In this document: piece after piece, positions 48,299 through 57,553 of the stretch | Numbering within the stretch: the first letter of the stretch is position 1 | Layout of the letters: each line of letters begins with the position of its first letter | Origin: Candidatus Moraniibacteriota bacterium | GTDB lineage: Bacteria > Patescibacteriota > Minisyncoccia > Moranbacterales > UBA1568 | Length of the DNA: 64,000 bases | Assembly: GCA_017983435.1 (NCBI GenBank) | Contig: JAGOBM010000006.1 | Coordinates: forward strand, 11,921-75,920 | Direction: 5' to 3' | Position numbers and translations under genes: made by a program | The notes under the pieces: generated by a model | The model's database searches: none | Seen by the model: the letters and a program-made list of their open reading frames with translations, nothing else | Told to the model about the DNA's origin: nothing

Positions 48299-49465
48299 TC
48301 ACGGTTCATCTATCCCGGCGACCAGCCGAGATATGGATTGTACAAAAGCCTCCTCGGAGAAACGGGTGACTGAATCGCAGAGCTTCTCAGCCGGATAACC
48401 TCCAGCGGATTCTTTCTCCACGAATCGTTTGATGGCCTCAGCGATCACTTCCGGCGTCTGAGAACGGAAGACCTCTCCGGTCTCGCCGATCCGCATGATT
48501 TCGCGTATCCCCCCGTACTCATAGGCGATAACCGGCGTACCGAGAGACAGTGCTTCCGCAGCTACCATGCCGAAATCCTCTTCGGAAGGGAAAAGCACCG
48601 CTCGCGCTTCCCGATAATACCGGCGGAGACGGGCGTCATCTGGAGCGCCGACAAACGAGATATTCGGACCGGCGATATCCTGAAGTCGGTGCTTATCGCG
48701 CCCGCTCCCGACGATCACCAGCGGGAAACCGAGCTTATTAAAAGCTTCGATGACTGGCTCTATCTTTTTGGACCGTGCCAGACGGGAGACGACGAGAAAG
48801 TGTTTGCGTTCGCCTCGGAGGATAATCTCATCCTGGCCAGCCGTACGCAGAGCCAAAGCCGGTGGATACACGACCTCGGCATCCTTCCGATAATATTTCT
48901 TTATCCGTTCCGCCGTATAGCGTGAATTGGCGATCAGCACATCCGGACGTTCCGCTGCCTGACGGTCCCACAGGCGCATATAGGAAAGCCAGAGACGTGC
49001 GAGGATACGTGGCACCCATCGAGGCAGGACTTCATCCAGATACGCTTCCGGCTGCTCCCAGGCATAGCGCATCGGCGAATGCAGATAGGCGATATGCCGG
49101 GTATGGAGACGCGTCACCACGCCCTTCGACCACGCTCCGGACGAAGAGATAACCAGATCGAACTCACGCAGGTCTAGAGTCTCGACCGCGATCGGATAGA
49201 ACGGCAAGAGCCACGGATAGCGGCGCCGGAGCCACCCGGGAAAATGCTCCAAAAATGAGGTCCGGATCGTTCGCCCAGGGAAATATTTTGCGACCAGGGC
49301 ATCGTCTTTGAGCAGCGTATAGATCGGCGCTTCGGGATAGAGCGCTGAGAGCGACTGCAGCACGCGTTCAGCTCCCCCGTAGGCGACGAGAAAATCATGC
49401 ACCAGAGCTATCTTTTTATGGCTCAATGGCTCAATGACTCCATTGCTATTATGATTCTCGTTCAT
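48299..49465 (-). CDS. GT4 (group 1) glycosyltransferase
   Basis: C-terminal FPSEEDFGMVAAEALSLGTPVIAYEYGG (E-x7-E region). Confidence 0.8.
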   Translation of the reverse strand: MNENHNSNGVIEPLSHKKIALVHDFLVAYGGAERVLQSLSALYPEAPIYTLLKDDALVAKYFPGRTIRTSFLEHFPGWLRRRYPWLLPFYPIAVETLDLREFDLVISSSGAWSKGVVTRLHTRHIAYLHSPMRYAWEQPEAYLDEVLPRWVPRILARLWLSYMRLWDRQAAERPDVLIANSRYTAERIKKYYRKDAEVVYPPALALRTAGQDEIILRGERKHFLVVSRLARSKKIEPVIEAFNKLGFPLVIVGSGRDKHRLQDIAGPNISFVGAPDDARLRRYYREARAVLFPSEEDFGMVAAEALSLGTPVIAYEYGGIREIMRIGETGEVFRSQTPEVIAEAIKRFVEKESAGGYPAEKLCDSVTRFSEEAFVQSISRLVAGIDEP

Positions 49466-50588
49466 CTTTGATAGCTCTTAGACAATATAGCTCTGAGCCA
49501 CGAAGCAATGTGGCAATAGCCTGAGCACATTTCTTCCAACTAAATAGCTCTACATTTCGCTTACCTTTCTCTATTATACCATCCCGGAAACTGCGGTCCG
49601 AAAGGAGCTTCTGGACGCCGAGAGCGATGCTTTCCGCGTTCAGAGGATCAACGTAGACGGCAGCATCGCCACCGACTTCGGGCAAGGAAGAGGTACCTGA
49701 TGCGACCACTGGCACACCGACCGACTGTGCCTCGAGCACCGGAATACCAAAACCCTCGTAGAGAGTCGGAAACAGAAAGACGTCGGCCTCTTGAAACAGC
49801 TCCCATTTCTCCTGTTCGCTCACGTACCCCAGCTCAATGACAGCCTCTCGATGTTTGATTGTAGATTGTAGATTTTTGATTTTGGAGTACCCATAGCCCG
49901 GCTTGCCGGCGAGTACCAGCGTGTGCGGGATATGATAGCGCTCTTTCAAGATCTCAAAGGCTTCGATGATACGCACGATATTCTTCCGCTCTTCCAACCT
50001 CCCGATAAACAAGAGGTAGGGTTTTGCATGCCGTATCGCCATGCTCGCATCCAATTCCATATTCGATATTCCATATTCGATATTCTGAGAATATCCCTCG
50101 TAGATGACCTGGATTTTTTCTTCGGGAACCGCATAGGTCCGCATCAGGTCTTGCTTCGTATTTTCCGAGACCGAAATGATCCTCTCAGCCGCCCAGCACG
50201 AGAAACGGATAGAGAGACGCATATACCAGCGTTCGAACCAGGCATAGGCCGCCGGACAAAACTCGTATTCCAATCCGTGTATCGTCACGATCGTCCGCTT
50301 TGGATGGATCAATGGCACGGTATGTGCCGGTACAAAGAGCACATCCGGAGGGTGAAGCAGCATCTCAAGCGAGAGCCTCCCCTGAGTCCAAAAGCGTGGC
50401 GCCCACAATTTTTGAATCTTCCACGCAGCGGGTATATCCAGATCTGCCTCCTGATCTGCCCGGATATACAAAATAACCTGCTCAGATTCGAGTGCCTGTC
50501 GCAGGTGCTTGATCACTTGATAACTATACTCTTCGATGCCCGTCCGCTTCTTGATGAACGCTCGCGAAGCATCGATACCAACAATCAT
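49449..50588 (-). CDS. GT4 (group 1) glycosyltransferase paralog
   Basis: FPTLYEGFGIPVLEAQSVGVPVVAS; start placed at first ATG (MIVGIDASRAF) because the track start is TTG; overlaps previous gene by 17 nt. Confidence 0.75.
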   Translation of the reverse strand: MIVGIDASRAFIKKRTGIEEYSYQVIKHLRQALESEQVILYIRADQEADLDIPAAWKIQKLWAPRFWTQGRLSLEMLLHPPDVLFVPAHTVPLIHPKRTIVTIHGLEYEFCPAAYAWFERWYMRLSIRFSCWAAERIISVSENTKQDLMRTYAVPEEKIQVIYEGYSQNIEYGISNMELDASMAIRHAKPYLLFIGRLEERKNIVRIIEAFEILKERYHIPHTLVLAGKPGYGYSKIKNLQSTIKHREAVIELGYVSEQEKWELFQEADVFLFPTLYEGFGIPVLEAQSVGVPVVASGTSSLPEVGGDAAVYVDPLNAESIALGVQKLLSDRSFRDGIIEKGKRNVELFSWKKCAQAIATLLRGSELYCLRAIKDERES

Positions 50589-50669
50589 AACAAACAACTT
50601 ATGACTTATGACGATTCACCCCCGTTTCGTATTTTTTGTTGTAAGTCATGAGTCATCAGTTGTCAGTGG

Positions 50670-51680
50670 CTACTTCGCGAGCATGATACTCCGCTTGTAG
50701 ACATCGAGATTCTCGAGCACGATACCGGTTCCCTTGGCGACGCAGAACGCCGGATTGTCAGCAACATAGCACGGGACACCGATAGTCTTGGCGATCAACT
50801 GATCCAGATAGCGGAGCTGAGCGGTGCCACCCGAGAGCACCATCCCCTTATCCATGATATCGGCCGCCAGTTCCGGCGGGGTCTCCTGAAGCACCTGCTT
50901 GATCACATTGATGATTTCCCGCAGCTCATCCTGTATCGCTTCCGTCACCTCGTTCGACGAGACATTGACCGTCCTCGGCAAACCTCCCATCAGATCGCGA
51001 CCCCGCACCTCCATGGAATCCTCCTTGACCTGCGCGATAGCCGCCCCGATCTTCATCTTCACTTCTTCGGCCGTCCGATCGCCGATCGCCAGCGAATACT
51101 TCCGCTTGATATAGTCTGAAATCGCCTGATCGATACGGTTGCCGCCGACACGAGCGCTGTGCGCCGCGACGACACCGCCGAGCGAGATAATCGCGATTTC
51201 CGAAGTCCCGCCGCCGATATTGATGATCATATTCCCCTGTGCGGTATGGATAGGGATACCAGCACCGATCGCCGCGAGTATCGGCTCCTTGACGACATAT
51301 GCCGCCTTAGCCCCCGCCTTGAGCGCCGCGTCGATGACCGCCCGCCGTTCAGTCGAGGTGATACCCGCCGGAATAGACAGGACGATTTCCGGACGAAAGA
51401 TACGAAGCCTTCCGGTGACTTTGTTGATGAAATACCGCAGCATCGCCTCAGTCACCCGATAGTCTGCAATAGCACCATCGCGCAACGGCTGCGAGGCGAC
51501 AATCGTATCCGGGGTACGCCCGAGCATCTCCTTGGCCTCGTTGCCGACCGCTAGCACTTTGTTCTCGATGAGCGACACGGCTACCACCGAAGGCTCATTG
51601 ATGACAATCCCCTTGCCCGGCACAAACACCAGTGTGTTGGCCGTACCGAGATCGATGCCGATTTTTCTGATCCAAGACAT
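50670..51680 (-). CDS. mreB: rod-shape-determining actin homolog MreB
   Basis: IGIDLGTANTLVFV phosphate-1 motif and full actin-like fold blocks. Confidence 0.9.
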   Translation of the reverse strand: MSWIRKIGIDLGTANTLVFVPGKGIVINEPSVVAVSLIENKVLAVGNEAKEMLGRTPDTIVASQPLRDGAIADYRVTEAMLRYFINKVTGRLRIFRPEIVLSIPAGITSTERRAVIDAALKAGAKAAYVVKEPILAAIGAGIPIHTAQGNMIINIGGGTSEIAIISLGGVVAAHSARVGGNRIDQAISDYIKRKYSLAIGDRTAEEVKMKIGAAIAQVKEDSMEVRGRDLMGGLPRTVNVSSNEVTEAIQDELREIINVIKQVLQETPPELAADIMDKGMVLSGGTAQLRYLDQLIAKTIGVPCYVADNPAFCVAKGTGIVLENLDVYKRSIMLAK

Positions 51681-51717
51681 AAGATTATAAAAAGAAAGCT
51701 AATCTTTGAGAGCATTC

Positions 51718-51790
51718 CAGATTTGAAAGAAGTTTTTCCGATGCCCTACACTTCCGAGCGTACAGCAAGGAAAGGCTGCTTTCAGATTTG
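51718..51790. repeat. stem-loop family copy A (12-bp stem incl. 2 G-U on plus strand; 49-nt conserved loop)
   Basis: cagatttgaaag ... ctttcagatttg; loop carries GATGCCCTACACTTCCGAGCGTACAGCAAGG core. Confidence 0.7.
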
Positions 51791-51819
51791 AAATTCTTTC
51801 TACAAAAAAACTGATACGA

Positions 51820-51908
51820 GTATCCCTGGCCGAAAAAGATGGTTTTTCTGATGCCCGAGACTTCTGAGGCGACAGCGAGGAAAAAATATCTTTTTCGGCC
51901 AGGGATAC
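51820..51908. repeat. stem-loop family copy B (perfect 21-bp stem; 47-nt conserved loop)
   Basis: gtatccctggccgaaaaagat ... atctttttcggccagggatac; loop GGTTTTTCTGATGCCCGAGACTTCTGAGGCGACAGCGAGGAAAAAAT. Confidence 0.8.
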
Positions 51909-51926
51909 AATCTAGCTTTTTTAAAG

Positions 51927-53195
51927 CTAGCAGCGTTCGACACGATGGATATCCGCTCCGAGCTTCTGGAGTCGCTCCTCGATACGCTCATAGCCGCGAT
52001 CCACCTGATAGATCTCCTCGATCGTCGTCTTCCCCTGCGCTGAGAGTGCTGCGATGATGAGTGCTGCGCCGGCCCGCAGATCGAAGCTCTTGATCGTCGT
52101 CCCCCGAAGCTTCTCTCCGCCGACGATTTCCGCCTGATGCGGATTGAGCACTTTCGCCTTTACGCCCATCTTCTCGAGCTCCGGAATATAATTGAACCGG
52201 CCTTCATAGAAATGGTCATGAATAAGTGTCTCCCCCTCCGATACGGCCGCCAGTACACCAAAAAGCGACTGCGTATCTGTCGGGATGCCCGGATAGAGTT
52301 CCGGCTTCACCTTGCCCGGAGTGACGAGCGGGGACCGAGGGAATACCCGGATCCGATTTTCATCCAGTACTTCGATACCGACGCCAAATTCGAGCAGTTT
52401 CTCGACGACAGCTTCCAGGTGCTCGATACGGGCATTGACCACCACGATATCCGAAAGTGTCGCCGCGCCGAGCACGAGAAAGGTCGCCGCTTCATTGGCA
52501 TCCGGGATGATAGCGTGTTCCGCCCCGTGGAGCGCCCCGCCTTCGATCGTGATCGTATGTGTCCCGAGTCCCGAGACTTTTGCGCCCATCTTGGCCAGAA
52601 ACATACCGAGGTCCTGCACGTGTGGTTCGGCCGCAGCCATCTTGATAATCGTCTTCCCTGGCAAGGCCGCCGCCAGCATCATCGCGTTCTCCGTCGCGGT
52701 CACCGAGAACTCCTTCAGTACCACGGTTCCCGCGACACGCTTGGTCGCATCGATACGATACTGCTTCTCGCCGTCGGAAACAATGGTCACGCCCATCTTC
52801 GCAAACGCATCGAAATGCGTATCGATGGGCCGCGCCCCGATAGAGCAGCCACCCGGATAGTAGAATTCAAACAAATCGAAACGCGCCGAGAGCGATCCGA
52901 GACAGAGTATCGACGAGCGCAGCCGCTTCACCAGATGCGCGTCCAATCGCTTCGGATCGATATCGCGAGCGGTAATCGCAACGGTCCGTTCATCCCGCCA
53001 AGCGACTTCCGCGCCCAGCCCTGCGAGGATTTCGAGCATGCGAAACACATCCTCGATACGAGGCACATTGTGAATCACGCAGGTTTCAGTCGTCAAGAGA
53101 GTGGCTGCCAAGATCGGTGTGGTCGCGTTTTTCGATCCCGAAACCGCGATTTCCCCTGAGAGAAGTTTGCCGCCTTCGATTTCAAAAACATCCAT
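51927..53195 (-). CDS. murA: UDP-N-acetylglucosamine 1-carboxyvinyltransferase
   Basis: Start set at internal ATG (MDVFEIEGGKLLSGEIAVSGSKNA); EPSP-synthase-fold blocks; the 525-aa track ORF has an implausible 103-aa Arg/Ser N-terminus. Confidence 0.85.
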   Translation of the reverse strand: MDVFEIEGGKLLSGEIAVSGSKNATTPILAATLLTTETCVIHNVPRIEDVFRMLEILAGLGAEVAWRDERTVAITARDIDPKRLDAHLVKRLRSSILCLGSLSARFDLFEFYYPGGCSIGARPIDTHFDAFAKMGVTIVSDGEKQYRIDATKRVAGTVVLKEFSVTATENAMMLAAALPGKTIIKMAAAEPHVQDLGMFLAKMGAKVSGLGTHTITIEGGALHGAEHAIIPDANEAATFLVLGAATLSDIVVVNARIEHLEAVVEKLLEFGVGIEVLDENRIRVFPRSPLVTPGKVKPELYPGIPTDTQSLFGVLAAVSEGETLIHDHFYEGRFNYIPELEKMGVKAKVLNPHQAEIVGGEKLRGTTIKSFDLRAGAALIIAALSAQGKTTIEEIYQVDRGYERIEERLQKLGADIHRVERC

Positions 53196-53305
53196 AGCCG
53201 CACGATAGACATTCGAATTATTCCGCCCGGACATACCGATACTGCAACGGGCATCCGCTTGCTGTACCTCAGGAGTATAGCGGAAAAATACCCCCTTTTC
53301 AAGCG

Positions 53306-53337
53306 ACAAAAAACGAAAAACCGACCCTGGGGGCCGG
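53306..53337 (-). terminator. rho-independent terminator after trxB
   Basis: minus-strand ccggccc cca gggtcgg then TTTTTCGTTTTTT. Confidence 0.5.
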
Positions 53338-53394
53338 CTTCGTATAGAGATGATTTCCGCCCGATGGAGCGGAAAAGATGCGGAATCGAAACCT

Positions 53395-54315
53395 CTACTC
53401 GCCCTTGCGGATAAAATCATACGCGGAAAGTGCCGCGACCACGCCATCCCCGGCCGAGATATTGTTCTGCTTATACGGAGCATCCGTGACATCACCAGTC
53501 GCAAAGATACCCAAGCGAGACGTCGCCTTGGTCCGATGATCGATCTTCACTTCGCCGCGCTCATTCAGATCGACGACTCCCCGCAAAAAATCTGAATTCG
53601 GCACCATGCCGATCTCCACGAACACTCCATCCGTCTCAATGATTTTTTCCTCGCTGGTATTGGCATCCTGATAGCGGAGACCAGCCACTTTCTCCTCGCC
53701 GAGCACTTCTTGTGTCAGTCCGAAATAGACGACCTGCACCCGCTCATCTGCGAGGATCTTCTCCTTGGTGATCGCATCGCCCTTGAGCTCGCCTGAGCGC
53801 ACCATCAGCTTGATCTCGCTCGCGTACGGCAAGAGATCTTCGACCGCCTCGAGACCGGAGTTGCCACCGCCGACCACGACGACTTTCTTGCCGCGGAAAA
53901 ACGGCGCATCGCAGGTCGAGCAATAGACGACCCCCTTGCCGCGAAACTTCTCTTCTCCCGGGACATCGAGCGACCGATGCCGTCCGCCGGAAGCGATGAT
54001 CACCGTCTTCGTCTCATACGTCTCACCGAGCGATCCGGTGACCGCATAGCCGACTGCCTGTGGGCTGACCTCCGTCACGATCTCACCGGTACGGATCTCG
54101 ATGCCCTCCTGCGCCCGCAGATGCGCTTCGAGCGACTGTGCAAGTTGCCATCCCGGGATAGAGATCGTCCCGATCCAATTCTCGATACCGGCCGAAACCG
54201 TCGACTGGCCGCCGATGCTCTCGGTGATGATCAGTGTCTTCAGCTGCTTGCGTGAGGCATAGATAGCCGCCGCTACTCCTCCCGGCCCTCCCCCGATGAC
54301 GATGATATCGTACAT
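53395..54315 (-). CDS. trxB: thioredoxin-disulfide reductase
   Basis: Start set at ATG 54315 (MYDIIVIGGGPGG FAD motif); redox-active CSTC (VVYCSTCDAPFF); NADPH motif VVGGGNSG. Confidence 0.9.
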   Translation of the reverse strand: MYDIIVIGGGPGGVAAAIYASRKQLKTLIITESIGGQSTVSAGIENWIGTISIPGWQLAQSLEAHLRAQEGIEIRTGEIVTEVSPQAVGYAVTGSLGETYETKTVIIASGGRHRSLDVPGEEKFRGKGVVYCSTCDAPFFRGKKVVVVGGGNSGLEAVEDLLPYASEIKLMVRSGELKGDAITKEKILADERVQVVYFGLTQEVLGEEKVAGLRYQDANTSEEKIIETDGVFVEIGMVPNSDFLRGVVDLNERGEVKIDHRTKATSRLGIFATGDVTDAPYKQNNISAGDGVVAALSAYDFIRKGE

Positions 54316-54340
54316 ACTCTTTTTTTTATGAAGATAAAAG

Positions 54341-55573
54341 CTAGTTTCGTCCGCGTGCCTGCATCGCCGCTGCGACCCGCTCCAACGCGAGGACATATGC
54401 GCCCTTACGCACCGTCGTATTGTACCGCTCATGCGCCGACCAGACCGCATCAAACGCCGTCTGCATCCGCTCCTTGAGCTTCTCATTGACCGAGGCTTCT
54501 GTCCAGAAGTCATTCATAGCATCCTGCACCTGCTCGAAATATGAGACGGTCACACCGCCGGCATTGGCCAAAATATCCGGAATCACGATGATACCCCGAT
54601 CAAACAGCGCGCGCTCTGCCTCGGGAGTCACCGGACCGTTGGCGACCTCGACGATCAGTTTCGCCTGGATATCTTTGGCGTTGTCGATACGGATGGCGTT
54701 TTCGAGAGCTGCCGGCACCAGGATATCACAAGGCACTGAGAGCACTGCCTCGCTCCCGAGCGTCTCGCAACCCGTACACTGAAAGAGCGACCCCGTCGTC
54801 CGCTTGTGTGCTTCGATCGCGCTGACATCGAGCCCTTCTTCGCGATAGACTGTCGACTTCGAATCAGCGATCGCGACGACCCGATACCCAGCCGCATCCA
54901 CAAGCCGGGCCAGATGCCCGCCGCCGTTGCCGAATCCCTGTATCGCCACCCGCGCACCCTCAGGCAGATGCAGCTTGGCAGCGGCATTCTCGAGTACGAA
55001 AAACGCCCCCTGCGCCGTCGCATAATCCCGGGCCAACGATCCGCCGATCACCACCGGTTTGCCGGTGATAACACCGGGCGCCTTCTCCCCGAGCAGCGCT
55101 TCATACTCGTCGAGCATCCAGCCCATGATACGAGGGTCCGTCGAGACATCCGGTGCCGGCACATCCCGGTTCTTGCCGATAAACGGAGCGAGAGCGCGAA
55201 TGTATCCGCGAGACAATGCCTGAAGCTCCCGATCGGAGAGCCCCTTCACATCGACGATCACGCCACCCTTGCCGCCACCGAGCGGCAGGCCGAGTACCGC
55301 GGTCTTCCAGGTCATCCAAGCCGAGAGCGCCATCACTTCCTCACGCGTCACACCCGGATGAAAACGGATACCTCCCTTATACGGACCGGCAGCGTCATTC
55401 CACTGTGAGCGGAACCCTGGGAATACCCGAGTGGTCCCATCATCCATCCTGACCGGAATCGAGACTTCGATGACCCGATCCGGTACCATGAGGCGCTCGA
55501 ATATATTCGCATCTATTTTGGCTATTTTCTGCGCCGATCGCAACTGCTCACGCGCGCTTTCAAGAGGATTCAT
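54341..55573 (-). CDS. gdhA: NAD(P)-dependent glutamate dehydrogenase
   Basis: KGGIRFHPGVTREEV and GLPLGGGKGG (GDH active-site lysine box). Confidence 0.9.
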   Translation of the reverse strand: MNPLESAREQLRSAQKIAKIDANIFERLMVPDRVIEVSIPVRMDDGTTRVFPGFRSQWNDAAGPYKGGIRFHPGVTREEVMALSAWMTWKTAVLGLPLGGGKGGVIVDVKGLSDRELQALSRGYIRALAPFIGKNRDVPAPDVSTDPRIMGWMLDEYEALLGEKAPGVITGKPVVIGGSLARDYATAQGAFFVLENAAAKLHLPEGARVAIQGFGNGGGHLARLVDAAGYRVVAIADSKSTVYREEGLDVSAIEAHKRTTGSLFQCTGCETLGSEAVLSVPCDILVPAALENAIRIDNAKDIQAKLIVEVANGPVTPEAERALFDRGIIVIPDILANAGGVTVSYFEQVQDAMNDFWTEASVNEKLKERMQTAFDAVWSAHERYNTTVRKGAYVLALERVAAAMQARGRN

Positions 55574-55601
55574 ATTGGCTTGTTGTCATATTTTTTAAAG
55601 C

Positions 55602-55693
55602 GTCTCTCGGGCTGCGAAAGAGGTTTTCCTTGATGCCCGAGACTTCCGAGGCGATAGCGAGAGGAAAAGCTGCTTTCGCAGCCCGGGAGAGAC
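55602..55693. repeat. stem-loop family copy C (12+7-bp stem with 2-nt bulge; 52-nt conserved loop)
   Basis: gtctctcgggctgcgaaag ... ctttcgcagccc gg gagagac; loop AGGTTTTCCTTGATGCCCGAGACTTCCGAGGCGATAGCGAGAGGAAAAGCTG. Confidence 0.8.
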
Positions 55694-55717
55694 TCCACCG
55701 AAAAAGGCTGCTTCGTT

Positions 55718-55972
55718 TTACTGCAATTTAAAAAGCGTCTTGAGATACGCCTCATCGATCTTCTTCTTGCCCTCCCACTTGCAGGCGAAATCATCTTTGA
55801 GCAGCTCGACCCCGAGCATCGCGACCGCCTCGCGCACCGCGCTCACCTGCGTGATGATATTGAGACATTCCTCATCCCCTTCGACCATTTTCCGGATACC
55901 CCGAAGCTGACCTTCGATCCGCGAGATCCGCGCCGCTATCTTTTCCCGCGCTGATTTCTGTTGCTGCGACAT
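55718..55972 (-). CDS. CsoR/RcnR/FrmR-family metal- or aldehyde-sensing transcriptional repressor
   Basis: Start at ATG 55972 (MSQQQKSAREKIAARISRIEGQLRGIRKMVE...); all-helical DUF156 pattern. Confidence 0.65.
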   Translation of the reverse strand: MSQQQKSAREKIAARISRIEGQLRGIRKMVEGDEECLNIITQVSAVREAVAMLGVELLKDDFACKWEGKKKIDEAYLKTLFKLQ

Positions 55973-56044
55973 ACACCGATATATATTAAAATATACCCCA
56001 TGGGGGTATATTAGGCCAAGCAACCATGACTGTCAAATAGGCGC

Positions 56045-57457
56045 TCAGACAGGCAGATCGGCGACGAGATTTCGAAACTGATCTCCGCGATCGAATTCAT
56101 TTTTGAAAAGACCGAAACTGGCCGCACCTGGCGACAACAGCACGATATCACCTGCCTCCGCGCTCCGGGAAGCGAGCTCTACCGCTTTGCCCATCGACTC
56201 GACCACCTCGAATTTCCATGTGCCCGCCCCGCTCTCCATAAGGCGATTGTGAATCTCGGCGAGCAGCTTGTCCGTCCCGGTACCCTTGAGAAAAACCACT
56301 CCCTTGGCCCGCTCAAGGATGACACAGGCGAGTCGGCCGAAATCGAGCTCCTTGTCAGTCCCGCCGACGATGAGGTAGACCGGCTGCCGGAAACTTTCGA
56401 GCGCCGCGATAACCGCTTCCGGTATCGTGGCAGCTGAATCATTATAAAAACGGATACCTCGCTTTTCGCCGACCAGCTCGAGCCGATGCGGCACCCCTTC
56501 AAAAGAAACGAGTCCTGCTTGTATCGAGGCTCCTTCGATACCGAAAGACCGGACTGCCGCTACCGCTGCCAACGCATTCTCTCGATGATGTGCCCCGATC
56601 AGTCTCGTCCCACTAAGATTAGCAATCTCTTCCTGATGCACACCACGCGCCTCTACGATACGATCTCCCTGCATCGAGAAACCATCTGAAGCCGCCACCG
56701 CTGTCTTCGAATACCAGACGACCGAGCCAGGAGCTTCGCCTCCCATCGCCTGTGTCCAGGCATTGTCCGCGTTGAGCACGAGCATATCTGATGCTTGCTG
56801 GAAGCGGAATATCTGCTTCTTATCCTCGACATACGCCTCCATGCTGCCGTAATAGTTCTGATGATCCGGATAGATATTCGTCACAACCGACAACATCGGA
56901 CTCTTATGGAGAGCCGCCAGTGCGGAGAGTCTCCATGACGACAGTTCAAAAACCACCACACTCTCCGGAGAGACCTTTGCGAGCTCGCCGAGTACTGATA
57001 CCCGACTAATGCCGACCCGTACTACTTTTTTTCCAGCCGTCTCGAGAAGATGAGCGATGAGCGATGAAGTCGTCGTCTTGCCTTTCGTCCCGGTCACGCC
57101 GATGATTGGCGCCTCACACAGATCGAAGAAAATACCCGAATCCATCGTCACCGGGACGTCATGCTCGAGCGCGATCTTGATAAAGGGATTCGTCCACGGC
57201 AACCCCGGATTCTTCACGACCAGGTCCGTCTCGACGAAATCCCGCTCGACATGGCCGCCCAAAGCGTAGCGTATCCCTTTGACTCCCTTGAGCGCCTGCA
57301 CCGAGGGCGCGAGTTCGAGAGCGGTCTTGAGATCAGTCACGATGATCTCGCGAACCCCCATATCCGCCAGAAAACGCACCGTCCCGACTCCGCCTTCATT
57401 GAGGCCGAGTCCCATCACCGTCACGCGCTTATCCTTGAAATAATCTCTGGTAAACAT
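56045..57457 (-). CDS. murD: UDP-N-acetylmuramoyl-L-alanine:D-glutamate ligase
   Basis: GVTGTKGKTTT P-loop, YNDSAAT, Mur ligase three-domain layout. Confidence 0.85.
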   Translation of the reverse strand: MFTRDYFKDKRVTVMGLGLNEGGVGTVRFLADMGVREIIVTDLKTALELAPSVQALKGVKGIRYALGGHVERDFVETDLVVKNPGLPWTNPFIKIALEHDVPVTMDSGIFFDLCEAPIIGVTGTKGKTTTSSLIAHLLETAGKKVVRVGISRVSVLGELAKVSPESVVVFELSSWRLSALAALHKSPMLSVVTNIYPDHQNYYGSMEAYVEDKKQIFRFQQASDMLVLNADNAWTQAMGGEAPGSVVWYSKTAVAASDGFSMQGDRIVEARGVHQEEIANLSGTRLIGAHHRENALAAVAAVRSFGIEGASIQAGLVSFEGVPHRLELVGEKRGIRFYNDSAATIPEAVIAALESFRQPVYLIVGGTDKELDFGRLACVILERAKGVVFLKGTGTDKLLAEIHNRLMESGAGTWKFEVVESMGKAVELASRSAEAGDIVLLSPGAASFGLFKNEFDRGDQFRNLVADLPV

Positions 57458-57498
57458 AAGTGAATTGTTTCCGACACCTCATCCTACAACAAAACAAG

Positions 57499-57526
57499 AA
57501 AAAAGACATGTCGCCCCCTGCACATG
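57499..57526 (-). terminator. weak rho-independent terminator after the D-aminoacylase gene
   Basis: minus-strand catgt gcagggggcg acatg followed by TCTTTTTT. Confidence 0.3.
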
Positions 57527-57553
57527 ACTTTTTCGCGTGAGGCAGTGTTTCAA

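Noticed and set aside
49850-49900. AT-rich direct repeat gtttgattgtagattgtagatttttgatttt
   Set aside because: It lies inside the GT4 coding frame and translates to a sensible ...SKIKNLQSTIKH... segment; coding, not a regulatory repeat.
51839-52057. 72-aa ORF starting in stem-loop copy B (MPETSEATARKKYLF...), with similar N-termini in copies A and C
   Set aside because: Only the first ~10 codons are shared (the loop core); downstream frames diverge and run antisense into murA; kept as a caveat under the stem-loop finding rather than a gene.
51927-54513. Very long N-terminal extensions in track ORFs 51927..53504 (525 aa) and 53395..54513 (372 aa), also 1861..2493 and 9109..10287
   Set aside because: The extra N-terminal segments are Arg/Ser-rich junk preceding canonical starts (MDVFEIEGG for MurA; MYDIIVIGGGPGG for TrxB; MHFLKNL; MNAPSLKRAG with AAGGAG SD); starts were trimmed.
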